DNA of 64,000 nt from the NCBI GenBank assembly GCA_030248215.1, contig JASANG010003810.1:124001-188000 (forward strand), given 5' to 3'. Made by a program: the position numbers and the translations under genes. The notes under the pieces were generated by a model. The model saw nothing but the letters and a program-made list of their open reading frames with translations, searched no databases and was not told the DNA's origin. This document shows positions 1 through 14,914 of this stretch, piece by piece. This DNA is from Enoplolaimus lenunculus. Lineage: Eukaryota. Numbering within the stretch: the stretch's first letter is position 1; every line of letters starts with the position of its first letter.

Positions 1-819
1 CACACAATCCTCAAAAAGGTTTCACCGCTCTGAATATAATGCGTATTAAAATATATTATCCTAAACTTAAAAATAGTCTTTCTCGTGCGAATGTCTACTT
101 TAAGCCTTTCTCCGCTGAAAGAACGACATAGTAATGAGTGTTGCTCTCATTCGGAAGATACATTACGTTCTTTTTGGTCATTGTGGTATAAAAGTTGGTA
201 CAGAACAAATACCATACAGGTATGTTATCGACTATTTAAAAAATTACATTCCCAGAAATGTCCTTTTCGCATGAGGGCCAAGACTGTATCCTCACCAATG
301 CAGTGTCTTGCTATGTGCTTTTTGATTAGTTCGAGTCGTTCTGATTTTTAAAGACCACGCCACGACGTTTGGCATCCTTCTGAATGTATATATTATGGCG
401 AAGCACAAAGTCCGTTCGAGTGCGACGAATAGCACATCTTGCGCCTAGCCTTGTTTTCGAAAGCGCCTCCTGGTATGCATTTTTCGACCGGGTATTTTCC
501 TGCCCGAAGAAATTCTGCAACGTATTCTATTAAACTCATTCTAACTGATAAAGCACTTATAACGCAATCTAAAAGAAACTACATCATCTATTAATGACGT
601 TCACACTATTAGTGTGAGAGTTTATGGGGAGATAGGATCTGATATATTTGTTTGCAAGATATAACGAAAGAAACTAGTTAAAGAAAACTCTCGCAAAGCT
701 ACCAAATCCAATATATAAATAACAAGTAATATTTTACGTTATTTTTCAGATATTACCTTTGAAACTGCACAGTTATAACAACTGGTAACTTCCATTTTCG
801 AACTTCATTATTTATATAC

Positions 820-2359
820 TTTCAAAGTTATTCTATTGCTCACCAGCGCAAGCTGCGGTGCGCCATTCGATACAGAGCCGTTAGCATGTCAACAAAGTCC
901 ACGCCGCTCATGTGAGCCTTGTACTTTTTGACTATAGCAGGACGCTGAACCATCACATATTCTCGTCGACTTCGGCCGTAGTGACGGACTGTATAATTTG
1001 GATCTGCTCCAACATATGTCGACGTCAGAGTGACTGACCGATTGTCATACCAACGAACCAGACATGTGTCCGATGTGACGTCAACAGCAGAATCAACTGC
1101 CCTAATCCTGCTTTTTTCAACTCGCTTTCTGATTTTAGGTTGCAGTTTTTGATACGGTTATTTTGCACCGTACCGACACAAAATATTTGTCGGTTTTTCT
1201 ACAAACACCAACAATTGGCCAATTAAAATAGTTGTTGAAGTAAACTTTAAAGTTTGAATTATGTGGCAAAATTTCGCACAGCCAAAGCACCCAAACTCCG
1301 GGAATTTTGCCACAGTTGATTACTGGATGTGGGTTTGATCCATCATAAACAGCAAAATTGTACAGTATACCAGACACCCCACACATTGCGTAAACTTTAA
1401 AACCCCACTTTTTAAGTTTTTTGGGCAAGGACGAGTATTGTTTTTACCCGCTTCTACCTTTAAACGGAATGAACTGCTCGTTTATCGATAATTTTTGTTC
1501 GGGCACAAGTTTTCGACAATTTTTATGAAATTTGTCCAAAAGTGGCCGAATTTTAAACAATCGGTCACGATTAGAATTGGACAAAGATGGACCGTTCTAA
1601 TTATCTATGAAATGGAGACACCGTTTCAGTAACTCAAAACGATTTCATGCCATGAGGTCTGCAATGCAAGAAATTATGGTGTTTCCCTGCCATACAATTC
1701 TGAATCGTTCAGGCTGAATAGCCATCATTTTCATAAAAATGTCAAGCAAAAGAGTTATTTCTTCAAAATTTGTGTTCACGCTTTTGCCAAGTTGGGTAAC
1801 ACTGTACGCATTAGTTTGATTAACAATTTTCGTGATCATTTGACATGTAAAACATTACTTAAAATAATCCATAGGAAGCCTAAGACCGTGCCGATCACCT
1901 GAAAACTGTTCAACATTACTCTGCCACGTTGTATCACCTACCGCTATGAATTAGCCCGCTTGCGAAATTTTGGAACGACAGCAGCTTTAGTTGGTAATGT
2001 GTCAGCTTCCGGGGACCCACTCTTGGTGTCAGATTGTAGGTCTGTGTCCGAGTCGAAAACGCTATGTAAATGTGCAATTGTAAGCCATTTTTCTGCAACA
2101 AAAAATTCTGGACGGTAGATGATTAAGTTTTTGAAAGAATTTGCCAGAAAACTTTTAGGCGATCGTCCGACGTATCATCTCTTTCTTCGATCAAAAGTTA
2201 TGTTACATAAATACTAGCTATGTTATTCATATATTGTTATTTACAACCATATACCTGGGCCATGTGGACCCTGTGGGCACTTATAGCGTAGCAACATTTG
2301 ACACATTAAATTTTAGTGTTTAAATAGCATCCCATATAGACACCGCGGGCATGAGAGGG
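820..2359 (-). mobile_element. Degenerate piggyBac (PGBD-type) transposon: 5' terminus plus disrupted transposase
   Basis: Minus-strand fragments RFELLKRCLHFID, LSINEQFIPFKGR, PKKLKKWGFKVYAMCGVSGILYNFAVYDG, FKVYFNNYF and HMSGVDFVDMLTALY match PGBD transposase motifs, broken by stops and frameshifts. Terminus TTAA|CCCTCTCATG at 2363-2350. The other terminus was not seen. Confidence 0.9.
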
Positions 2360-2668
2360 TTAATTGAGATTTCGTTATTAGTTTACGTATAAAACTTAGT
2401 TTTCAGTTGCAGTCCCATTTTTATAATCAGCGGAATAATTCGCTCTGTTAATTGGTCTTTAAGTAAGAATTAGATTACTTACTAATGCAGCATTCACTTA
2501 CCAGGACACCCACTGCACATATACAAATTAAACACATACACCATGTGTGTGTCGACTTACCTGTTAGAAAATACAATAAACATATATGTAAAATATAAGA
2601 AATATATTTGTAAACTTTGACAACTAAGTGGTAATTAATTTTAATGGAGTTCCAAATGCGAGCGTTAA

Positions 2669-3489
2669 CCCTACCATATAACAATTTTGTGGCAATGAAT
2701 TAGAGGAAAAGCCTCTGAACATGGACATTGACAGTATTTCCTTTCAGGAGGGTATAACTTTGTATAACGTACGGCTAGTATTTAATCTCGGGAGAACATA
2801 ATCTTACGTGAAAAATTTTTAATGGAGAACATCCCGAAATAAAATAGATACTGATCATACTTTATACAAAGTACAAAGTTTATGCCCTAACGAAATGAAA
2901 TCCTGGCAACGCGCATGTTTTGAGACTGTATTCCTCCCAAAATTTAGACACAATTCGTTTGCTTTGGCTTTTAGGCTCACGGTTATGATGCTTAACGCTT
3001 AGGACTATGCTTATGCTACTGTTACAGCCATGTTTTCCATTAAAAAACTTTCACGTAAGAATATGTCCTCCCGAAATAAAATACCTACTGGCCATACTTT
3101 ATACAAAGCATAAAGTTTAGGCCCTAACGAAATGAAATCCTGGGAACGCGCATGTTTAGAAACTATATTTCTCCCGATATTTAGAAACAATTTTTCGCTT
3201 TCACTTTTAGGTTCACGTGTTATGAATTTGCTTAACGCTTAGGACTATGCTTATACTGTTACAGCCATGTTCTCCATTAAAAAACTATCACGCAAGATTA
3301 TGTCCTCCCGAAATAAAATACATACTTACCATCATGTTCTCCATTAAAAACTTTATGCTTAGAACTGGGCTTATACTATACTGGCCATACTTTATACAAA
3401 GTTATACCCCCCTGAAAAAACACTATCAATATCCAATGTTCAGAGGCTTCTCTCCGAATTCATTTCCACAAAATTGTTATACGGTAGGG
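2669..3489. mobile_element. Non-autonomous piggyBac-type MITE with long inverted ends and an internal ~240-bp tandem duplication
   Basis: TTAA|CCCTACCATATAACAATTTTGTGG ... CCACAAAATTGTTATACGGTAGGG|TTAA. Inverted similarity extends >100 bp. Internal segments ~2835-3070 and ~3071-3320 are duplicates. Confidence 0.85.
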
Positions 3490-4440
3490 TTAACAATACG
3501 TTATATTGACATTTAGTAATATATAAATAATTAAATATGCATCAGTGATTAATTGCTAGTTATAAAACTAAATTTAACATGTACATACATAACAATTTGT
3601 GTGTAACAAATATAACTATATATCAGCGCAAAATTTTCGTTAACCCTACCCTATGTCGTGTCACAAAATATTTATGACACGAAGTAGGGAAGGGTTGTAT
3701 TGAGAATTTGTGGTACGGTAAGGTTAACGAATGGCAATTTTAACAATTGCCACTGGTTAATACTACCTCATGTCATTCCCGGTGGCACAGCAAAAATTAT
3801 TTGCATCGAATTAGCAGCCAGTCGGAATCGGAACCCAAATTTTATCATAATTTTAGCCGGAGCCGGAATTCCGTTGGAACCATGCTATATCAGACATTGG
3901 TAAAATTAATTTCGTTCGGTTATTGAAGAATTTATTCGTCAATGAATTGTAATATGATCGACTAGTTTAACCTGATATATACCTAGAAGATGTTTTATAG
4001 TTCTACGAAGAAACGAACAGTTTTTGACCATTTAACCAAAAAACCGTTTTGAAATGCTTGCCAATGTAAAGACGTCGACGTCTTTTCAAAAATTTTAACC
4101 CATTTTCATATCAATTAGACGACGTGCAATTCAGCGCAATACAATAAACCGTCAGAAGACGTGAACGTAATATTGCTAAAATGATATTAAGACTCCCATC
4201 CAAAAATTCTGTACTAGACTCCTGAGTTGAAATTATACCATAGATGCAATAGAAAATATTCATGTGAGAAAGGGTTAACCATGGTTCACAATAATTAACA
4301 CAAACGCACAAATTTATATGTGAAAAAATTTCTCTGCTACCGTAAACCCATCTGGTTCGTCCACTTAAAGTTCCTCTGTGAAGGCTCTCTTTCTTAGATA
4401 TGTGTATCATGTAATAATGCATCATCCACAATTAATAACG

Positions 4441-5275
4441 CGGAGCTGTGGTAAAATTGCACTTCTATTACGCGAACGGAAACCGGAAATTTAGTCAATT
4501 CCTCACATGATGAGCGACTTTATGCAACAGATTGTCTTAATCGATAGCAGTAACACATACAGTTTACTCGAATTGAAGAAAACCTCAATGTAACATTTTG
4601 TCATTGCTTGGAATGCGGCCGAAAACATTGTCAACCAATTTATAAACACCGACCCAGAAATTGCGTGCCAACACCACCTTACCATATTTTAGTTAGGTTT
4701 AAATCAGCCAATAATATTATAGTTACTGTACTAACGTTTCTTATATTTAAAACAATAGCGATCAATAGTCCTTCAAATCGACACATAAAGTTAGGCATCA
4801 TTTTTTCAATTCCGTAAATTTTCGAAATTACGAACATTATCTAAATCAGTTCAAAAATCAATGGGCTGCCAATAACATTTGCGAAAATTACCGACGATAT
4901 TAAATAGTTCAATTCAGTTCCATTAATCCCCAGATCGCGTTTTAAGTTTTCTTAAACTGTATACATTTACTAAAAATTGGGATTCAACTATTATATACTT
5001 AATTGTTTGTTGCATACTGAATTAAAAGAGCACATAATCCGTATATAAGTTTGAGGTCATTCTGCAAATATACATGCATTTTGTGAAATCAATCCCAGAC
5101 GTCCCATTTTTGTTTTTTGAGTAGTGTATTGGAATTGATAAATTAGTCAATACTTAATTGCTTCACCGCTCAAATTTTATATTGCAAGAAAAATTATCAT
5201 TTCCATAATTTCAAAATGCATGTTATAAATAATTACAATTTTGCAGAATTTGAAATCACTTTTACCACAGCGCCG
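4441..5275. mobile_element. Probable non-autonomous TIR element remnant
   Basis: CGGAGCTGTGGTAAAATTG at 4441 and an inverted CACTTTTACCACAGCGCCG ending at 5275; no coding content recognised. Confidence 0.5.
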
Positions 5276-5791
5276 TATTCTTAAATGTGGGTGATGCATA
5301 ATCAAAGCTACGGCCGTTAGCATCTAAGCCCGTATTCTCAAAAGTGTGTAGTACCTATCACCAGTTGGTGATATGTCTTTCAAACCAGTGAATGTTGAGG
5401 TTCAAAACTCAGCACATTTTATACATATAATTTTCTGTGCTCCTATACCAATTTTGAACTGGACAACTGCAATAGTTAGTGAGTTTGAAAACCTATTACT
5501 ATCTGATGATAGTTGCTATACACATTTGAGAATATGGACAATAAATAGTAGACCGACAGAAAATCCAGCTCAGAGGTTGGTTGGACATTAGAGCTTTTGA
5601 CGTAACTGCTATTTCCAGTAAGCTTACGTTTCAGCGGCTGTACTGAAAGGGTTAAAAGTCTTCTTAGAATATTTTTTTGCTTAGGCTTTAGACTTTAGGC
5701 TCATGTAAACCTCATTCTGACGCTTAGGCTTAGGAATATGCTTTTACTACTGTTACGACCCTGTTCTATACATTGGCAGAAATATCCATAC

Positions 5792-8700
5792 CTGGCATAA
5801 AATTTTTAATTTCGGAAATCGTTCTTTGGCGAGCGAGATCAGCTCTGGTCCAGCGGGTGCGGCACCGAAAACAATTTTTTCCACTGACGACAAATCCCAA
5901 CGCGCGGTTGAGGTTTTGGATAAAAACAACAGGACCGAAGGAACAACCCATATATGATTGGCTCGGTACAGCTGGATCAATCTGAAGTTCGACAGTACTA
6001 CAAATTAGTAGTAAATAAAGCCCCATTCACACGTACAAGTTTTTGCAGCGAGAACTCACAGCTGCAACATGCACAACATAGTTATGCAAGTATTTTCAAA
6101 GAAATATTCTGATTGACCAATCAAAGTGCAGCTGCAAGAAATTCAAGTGACTCGCAACTGAGTTCACAGGTGCGAATTAAATTCAACAGCACGAATTTCA
6201 CTGAATAATTTGCAGCTGCAAGAACTTCAAAGTGACTTTGTGATCAAACTAGCGCGTGCAAGTCGGACGAGCAAGTTTTCGCTGCAAAAAATTGCACTGC
6301 ATATATTCTAAACAAAAACTTAAGAAGAAAATTATCAAAAGCCAGGAGGGGAAGCCTGAATTTCATGTCTGAAGGGAATAAGCTCAGTGTATTTTTTACG
6401 AGCCAGCGTGGAGCGCTTGAATCATAAATCAGTCTTACTGGACGCAAAGGTTATTCTGAATCATACTAAAGTTACATTTTCTTGCTTCACCACAAAAGGG
6501 GATATACCGTCCTATCACACCCCCTCACATACTTCCCGTGTGAAACGTGATATATAAAACGGACTTTACCGACAATACTCGAAGCGGTCATATTTATCAA
6601 AAATCACCAAAGTTGCCAAGCAATGAACCGAAGCCATCAAAGCGTACAGCCCGCCGACGTGATAAAACGGCAACATCGGCAAGTAAACATCACCCGGACC
6701 CGGAAGTAAATTGCCAAGTCCGCCGGGACCGGATGTAAACAAAAAGCTCGCGAGTGCACCGTGAGAAAGCAGTACGCCTTTGGGTTTGCCAGTAGTTCCG
6801 CTAAAATAAACACAACAACGAAGCAATATTCGACCATAGTTATTAAGAAATAAAGCCTAATGTTTTTAGCTAACTTTTACTGTGAATCGACCAGTGTCTT
6901 TTTAGCGTTAACCTAAGCCTATGCATACTGCGGCCCATGTAAAGATTAGGTGCGGAACGTTTTTCTGCGGGACTAGAATAAAATAAGCTTATGTTTTAGA
7001 CTAATTGTTTATCTTGGCTTAGGCTTAGGCTTAGGCTTAGGAATATGCTCATTCTTACGCTTAGGATTAGGCTTAGGCTTAAGCTTACGCTTAGAAATAA
7101 GCTTATAATACTGTTCAGCCCCTGTTCTTTACATCGGCCCATACTGCAAAGTGTAATTCTAAGCCTAAACTTAAGCATGATTAAGTGTGTGTGTTAAAAT
7201 TTTTTCCGACCTCCTTTAAATGTTCTTTCCGTCTGTATTAACAAGTTAACAATTCCTAGTTGCAGGGGTCGCTTTGGCTAATTTTCCTACCTTGAAAATG
7301 GCATATACGCAGGCAAACACACGTAGTTAACATTTGACAACACTGGAAACCGGTCGCTGTGGTGTCGTTGAGCGAGCAATTGATCAAAATTGTGGATATT
7401 TGTGACAAAATCAATTGTTGACAATTGAGACATCTGCTCCGCAGTGACTTGCTCGTAGCCAACAATCCAAAGCGTTTCAATCGTCGCGATTTTGATCGTT
7501 GTATTGCTGAGCAGAACTGATATTAAATTGTCAACGCAACTCGAATGAACCAGAACATATTTTGGTGACGTTTTTTCAAAATGATGGCTAAGTTCTGAAA
7601 ATAATGTTAGAAATTAAGTAATTTAGTGGTTTAAACTCAGCATTTAGTGAGCTGAGAAACATCGCACCAATTAGAATTAAAATTTGAAAAAAAAATCGCA
7701 AATCAAATTTAAATAATACAATAGCGGTTACTGTAGCGAGCCCAATAAACGAAGGAGGGACTGATATTGATTTGGCCTCTTTTGATGGTACCGTTTTGTT
7801 ATTCGGGTTACGGACTGTTATCTGGTTCAATTCACCCCACAGTTGAACATAGGTACGCCCTTATTTTATATTCTTTGTTTTCGGCCGAACTGACTTGTTC
7901 TGAAGCATTATTGTTGTTAATTGCCATGCCCGATACTCTTCTCCTAGGCTTAAAACTTATGCGGTTTGTCAGAGTGTGTGTTACATATTTAAGCATGGCC
8001 GTTCTTCAATTTTGGTCTCTTCAATGGACTCTAATTAGCACTTATGGACTTTGCACCTGACGGACCCTAATTTTAGCTACAAACTCCTATTGTTTGGACT
8101 CAAATCCCTGTCTAAAGTCACTATAGTACAGTTCAGTCAAGCAAAACGGTTCAAATTAATAGCAGAACTAAAACTTAATCACAACATAAACACAAATGTT
8201 ACAGTTTAAGGTCAACCCACGCCATTTGGTGCTTGAGTTATGCTCTTGTCTCATCATTGCAACAAATATTCCTTTTTCCCAACACTGATGAAATGTCTTT
8301 TATCGCCTGTTCTTTCTGCAAACTTTGCCTTCCGTGATTTTTCGAAAAAATTTGCCGTTGGAAAAGTTTCAACCCCATTTGTGAGTATTTTTTGAAATTC
8401 CGATATACTTTTTTGGCCAATGTAAAGAACAGGGATGGAACAGTATTATAAGCATATTCCCGAGCATATTCATAAGCCTAAGCCTAAGCGTTAGAATGAA
8501 CATATTTCTAAGCCTAAGCGTAACAATGAGAATATTCTTAAGTCTAAGCCTAAAGCCTAAACCAAGCAAAAACATTAGTCTAAAGCTTAAGCTTACTCTA
8601 GTGTAGGCTCATCGAAAAACCTTCCGCCCCTGATCCTTACATGGGCCATTTTTTATTAAAACCTTTCGCTTCGTTGAAACTGATAATCGCTACATGATAT

Positions 8701-9407
8701 TTTATACAAAAATTCTCGAAACGCATTGATGGTACTGTATTAATACATTGATTCATAAATACAACGGCCCATGTAAAGGCCAGCGGCGGAACGTTTTTCT
8801 GTGGCTCTAGAATAGAGTTAGCTTAAGCTTTAGACTAATTTTTTGCTTGGCTTAGGCTTAGGCTTAGGAATATGCGTGTAATACTGTTCTCCGTCCCTGT
8901 TCTTTACATTGGCCGCTTAAGCTTAAGCTTAGGCTTAGGAATATGCTCATTCTTACGCTTAGGTTAGGCTTAGGAATATGCTCATTCTTACGCTTAAGCT
9001 TAGGCTTAGGAATACGCTTATAATACTGTTTCGCCTGTCTTCTTTACAATTGACCAATACAACTAACCTTGAACAGTATAATTACAATTAACCGGACATA
9101 CAACAACTCCATTTGCGACCGCAGCCAAAAACGCCGGTGCAAACTGCCAACAGTTCGGCATTAAAAACACAACCACGTCACCAACTGCACTTTGAACGCG
9201 AGTTGAACTCAACGGCAAATTGCTCGCAGCTGCAATTGAATGCATTTGAAGTTGTCGAAATGTTAATTGTACATTTTGTGTTGCGTCAATTATTGCTAAT
9301 TGGTCTGCAACGTCATCGGTGACGTCATCAAAAATTACACTTGGCAGTGATTGATTCATAACACGGCGATGATTCAGCGGAACAAACGGACTTCGAACCG
9401 TTACCAT
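5792..9407 (-). CDS. 4-coumarate-CoA ligase/luciferase-like acyl-CoA synthetase (ANL family), 5' part; exons 9407-9068, 7594-7291, 6800-6570, 5981-5792
   Basis: Phase-consistent GT-AG exons. AMP-binding motif PFSSGTTGKPKGVLLSH, plus LPFYHVGGL and DLSSVEKIVFGAAP..CQ. The expected downstream GYGMTE exon was not found in the window. Confidence 0.9.
6020..6310. mobile_element. Dispersed MITE-like repeat (GCCCCATTCACAC start, Harbinger-like); related copy ~57826-58118 and fragment ~54640-54700
   Basis: CCATTCACACGT.CAAGTTTTTGCAGCGAGAACTC.CAGCTGCAAC and the downstream body are shared with the 57.8-kb copy. Confidence 0.6.
6932..7139 (+). mobile_element. TTAGGC-containing MITE (Merlin-like), 8-bp TSD CATACTGC
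   Basis: GGCCCATGTAAAGA ... TCTTTACATCGGCC termini, internal (TTAGGC)n, identical CATACTGC on both flanks. Confidence 0.9.
8415..8647 (-). mobile_element. TTAGGC-containing MITE (Merlin-like)
   Basis: GGCCAATGTAAAGAACAGGG ... CCCTGATCCTTACATGGGCC, internal GCCTAA repeats. Confidence 0.85.
8766..9055 (+). mobile_element. TTAGGC-containing MITE (Merlin-like), 8-bp TSD AATACAAC, duplicated 3' half
   Basis: Same TIRs, AATACAAC on both flanks, extra internal terminus at ~8914. Confidence 0.85.
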
Positions 9408-9646
9408 GGTAATATTTTTGCAGTATAACAATATTAATTTTAAATATATATATTAAGCTGTAAACAACGGAAGATCTAGCGACCGGATCCACTATTCCAG
9501 TATCCGGCTATAGGCAGCATAATTTAACAAATCAGAAACCGACTACGAAACATGTCAAGAATTTCCGTGTTAATATACGCTTTGCAAAAATTTTAAATTC
9601 TACAATTCATGTCGTGGAAAACTTGCGACGGATATAAAAAAGACGG

Positions 9647-9855
9647 GCCAATGTAAAGAACAGAGGAGGAACAGTATTATAAGCTTATTCCTACGCCTAA
9701 GCGTAAGCCTAAGCTTGAGCTTAAGCGTACGAATGAGTTTATTCGTAAGCCTAATCCAAAGCCTAGGCCAAGCAAAAAAATTATTCTAAAGAGTTTAAGC
9801 TTAGTCTGTTCCAGTCCCACAGAAAAACGTTCCGCCCCTGATCTTTACATGGGCA
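9647..9855 (-). mobile_element. TTAGGC-containing MITE (Merlin-like)
   Basis: GGCCAATGTAAAGAACAG ... CCCTGATCTTTACATGGGC, GCCTAA repeats. Confidence 0.8.
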
Positions 9856-11731
9856 GAAAACTGTAACGTTCATGTTAAAGTTGATTTTGGAACCTCCCAC
9901 CGAGAAATACGAGATCTGTCAATTGCTGTATTAAAATTAATATTTTTTAAACGAAACTTGTACAGCGCTAGTAGTTCAAACGTATTCATTTTTCATCCAA
10001 GATTATATACACATATAAATTGTGTTGGCTGAAAAATAAAACATTTTTCACTCTTTTATAGTCCGTAAGCGGATAGAGTCCCTAAACCCTAATTAGAGTC
10101 CATAAGTGTCAAGTGTCCATAATGGTAGCGTATAAATGACTCCAGGACCAAATAAAGTTGTGTTCGAAACTTTAAAGCGTACTTAAGTTTGAAAGTACAT
10201 TCCTAAGTATAACTTTGCATTTGTCGCTCAAGCTTTTGATGTAAGGCAAAAACGTTTATTCAACGAATAGTTGCAATACCGGGTATATATCAGTAACGAA
10301 GGGTGGCAGAGGGCGGGTTGAAAATAAATAACAGTCCGTAACCGAATAACAGGGGGTGCCCTCTGAACAGGCTAAATAAATATCACCCCACTCCTCTTAT
10401 TCAGGTCACTACAGTAAGTGTAAACGTGGGGAAACGTACAAGGCTGGTTGCTACGAAGTTATGCAACAATCGCCCGGAACATGTATCCGTTTCCGGTAAA
10501 CATAAAAATTGCTCTTTCACTACGTAAAAACTTCAGCCTACTTGCAATGATAAAACAACATATATCTGAAAATAGCTTTAATCTCAGTAATACATGGACA
10601 CCGAAGTTATGTATATCAAAAATATCCAGATATATCCGAAAACAAATGTGTATCCGGATAAATATCCGGCAAGAATTGCCGTATATTAGGATATGATTAA
10701 GTATTCGATGCCCATCACGAATTTCAGTTGCCTACTTAAATTTTTAGTTTGTTAAACAAGCGAAAACATAGTTCATTACCCACCTAAACCGTACTATTTG
10801 TCGCTCGTATTAATACTAAAGCATTTCGCTGATAAAAATTTAATCCGGATAACTTATGGATTACAAGGGATAAATCATAACAGTAACGACCCATGTTTAA
10901 AAGATCAGCGACGAAACGTTTTTGCAAGCTTAAGCTTAAAGCAACTTTTTTGCTTTTAGGTTTAGGCATAAGCTCATTGTTATACTTACTTAGGCTTACA
11001 AATACGCGTACACTACTGTTCTGCTCGTGTTCTATACATTGGCCACAGCAGCAATAAAATTGCTGGTTAAATATTTGTTGCGTCAATACCTTTTTGGCAA
11101 TAGGCACGCCTACAGTTTGCACAAGTTCTAAATAGCAGAACAATTTGTGGCAAAAAAACGAAACCAGGCATAACGCTGTTTCAAAACGGCCAAAAAATTT
11201 AAAACGACTAGCCCCATATCCTCTTTTGACTTTGACCTCAGTAAAATTATACTCCCTTAATGCATAAACCACAAAGCCCATGCAAAAAATTTCGTCTAAA
11301 GCTTAAACTTGACTCTATTACAGCCTTGCAGGAAAACGATCTGGGCCCTGTTCTATACATGAGCCAGCCACAATATGTGCAAACCACAAGCGTGAAATCT
11401 GTAATTGTCAATTCGAAACCTTATAGTCGCAGTTTAGTTCAGAAGACGAAATTAGGAACTAAAAATAAAAAAGATAATTTACAATTTACATTACACTGTA
11501 AATTCTAATGAATTGAGTAATCAACTCAGCAAGACAATTAGTTATTTCTGGTTATTTCTGAGTCAATAACAGTAGATATCAATTCACATCTGAACTGATT
11601 TAATTCCGTGTAAGTTGATTAATTAACTCAGAATGAGTTCAATCAATTCAGAATTCTGAGTTCTGAAAGACCTAATTCAGACGTCACACTTCTGAGTCGA
11701 TTCAACTCATTCTGAGTTAAAATCAAGTGTA

Positions 11732-13807
<2,076 letters not shown>

Positions 13808-14002
13808 CTATAATATATTAAGGCTGGAACGCCCCACATACGTATTTTGGGCAAGTTTCCAGCATTACTTTGTTTACAAAAATTTCTTAGGAAATACACG
13901 TGATTGATTGTTCTTCGTTCTATGAAAAGAAACTTTGCGTGGAATTTTTTTGTGTTTTCGCTAACTTTGCACATTGCGCAAACCTGGCAAACTAGTATAA
14001 AG

Positions 14003-14017
14003 AAAAAAAAAAAAATA

Positions 14018-14100
<83 letters not shown>
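14003..14100 (+). repeat. Poly(A) tract (~81 uninterrupted A, 14020-14100)
   Basis: Directly visible. Confidence 0.95.
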
Positions 14101-14102
<2 letters not shown>

Positions 14103-14160
14103 ATAAACAAAACGGTTTGAGTAGATTTTAGGCTTTACCCAAACAATAATACTCATATTT

Positions 14161-14345
14161 AGGGTGGCGCTATACTTTTGATCACGTCCGTCGCCGTCCG
14201 TCACCACCCGTTGGCGTTTCGCATCGTGCCACAACGCACGTTTATTGCCGCATGGCAAAACATACCAATTTGTAAACAAAAATTTCTTGATTTGAGGCAC
14301 CGTCGGCCATCGGACCGCGTCGTACGACAAGTATAGCGCCACGCT
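14161..14345. mobile_element. AGGGTGGCGCTATAC-ended MITE (Harbinger/Tourist-like); copies 48880-49078 and ~50770-50915
   Basis: TIR AGGGTGGCGCTATACTT / AAGTATAGCGCCACGCT, T/A-rich flanks, body shared with the 48.9-kb copy. Confidence 0.7.
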
Positions 14346-14914
14346 TAAACTTGTATTCGTTTCCACAGTGGGCGTTTGCTCGAAAAGGAATAGATTTTGA
14401 AAGTTTTTACATATTTGAGCTTCTCAATACCGCGCCTGAAGCAGTGCCATATACATCCCTTTACGAAAACTTTGCTGCTTCAGAATGTGGTGGGATCAAA
14501 CCCAAATGTCTCTTACACCTAAGACAAGCGGTCCCTTACGGCGTATAGCAACGATGGAACCCCGCTGACAAAGAGCATAGTGCATCATTTAGCCTTTCGC
14601 TAATATTTGTTTCAGCTATCAAAGACACTTGGCTCTCGTAATAAAGAATTGTTTCAAATATGGACCTATGTAAAGATCAGGAGCAGAACGTTTTTCTGTG
14701 TGACTACAATAAAGTACACTTACTTAAGCTTTAGACTAATTTTTCTTAGCTTAAGCTTGGGTACAAAGCTCATCTTTCCGCTTACGCCATGGGGCCCATG
14801 TAAAGATCAGGGGGGAAACGCTTTTCCGCCGGAATGCAGAAGAGGAAACTTCAGCTTTAGACTATTTTTAGGCAAGAGCCCATTCAAATGTAGACTTTGG
14901 AATAGGCTTTATAG

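Noticed and set aside
13904..14366. Poly-Lys and poly-Phe ORFs
   Set aside because: Artefacts of the poly(A) tract.
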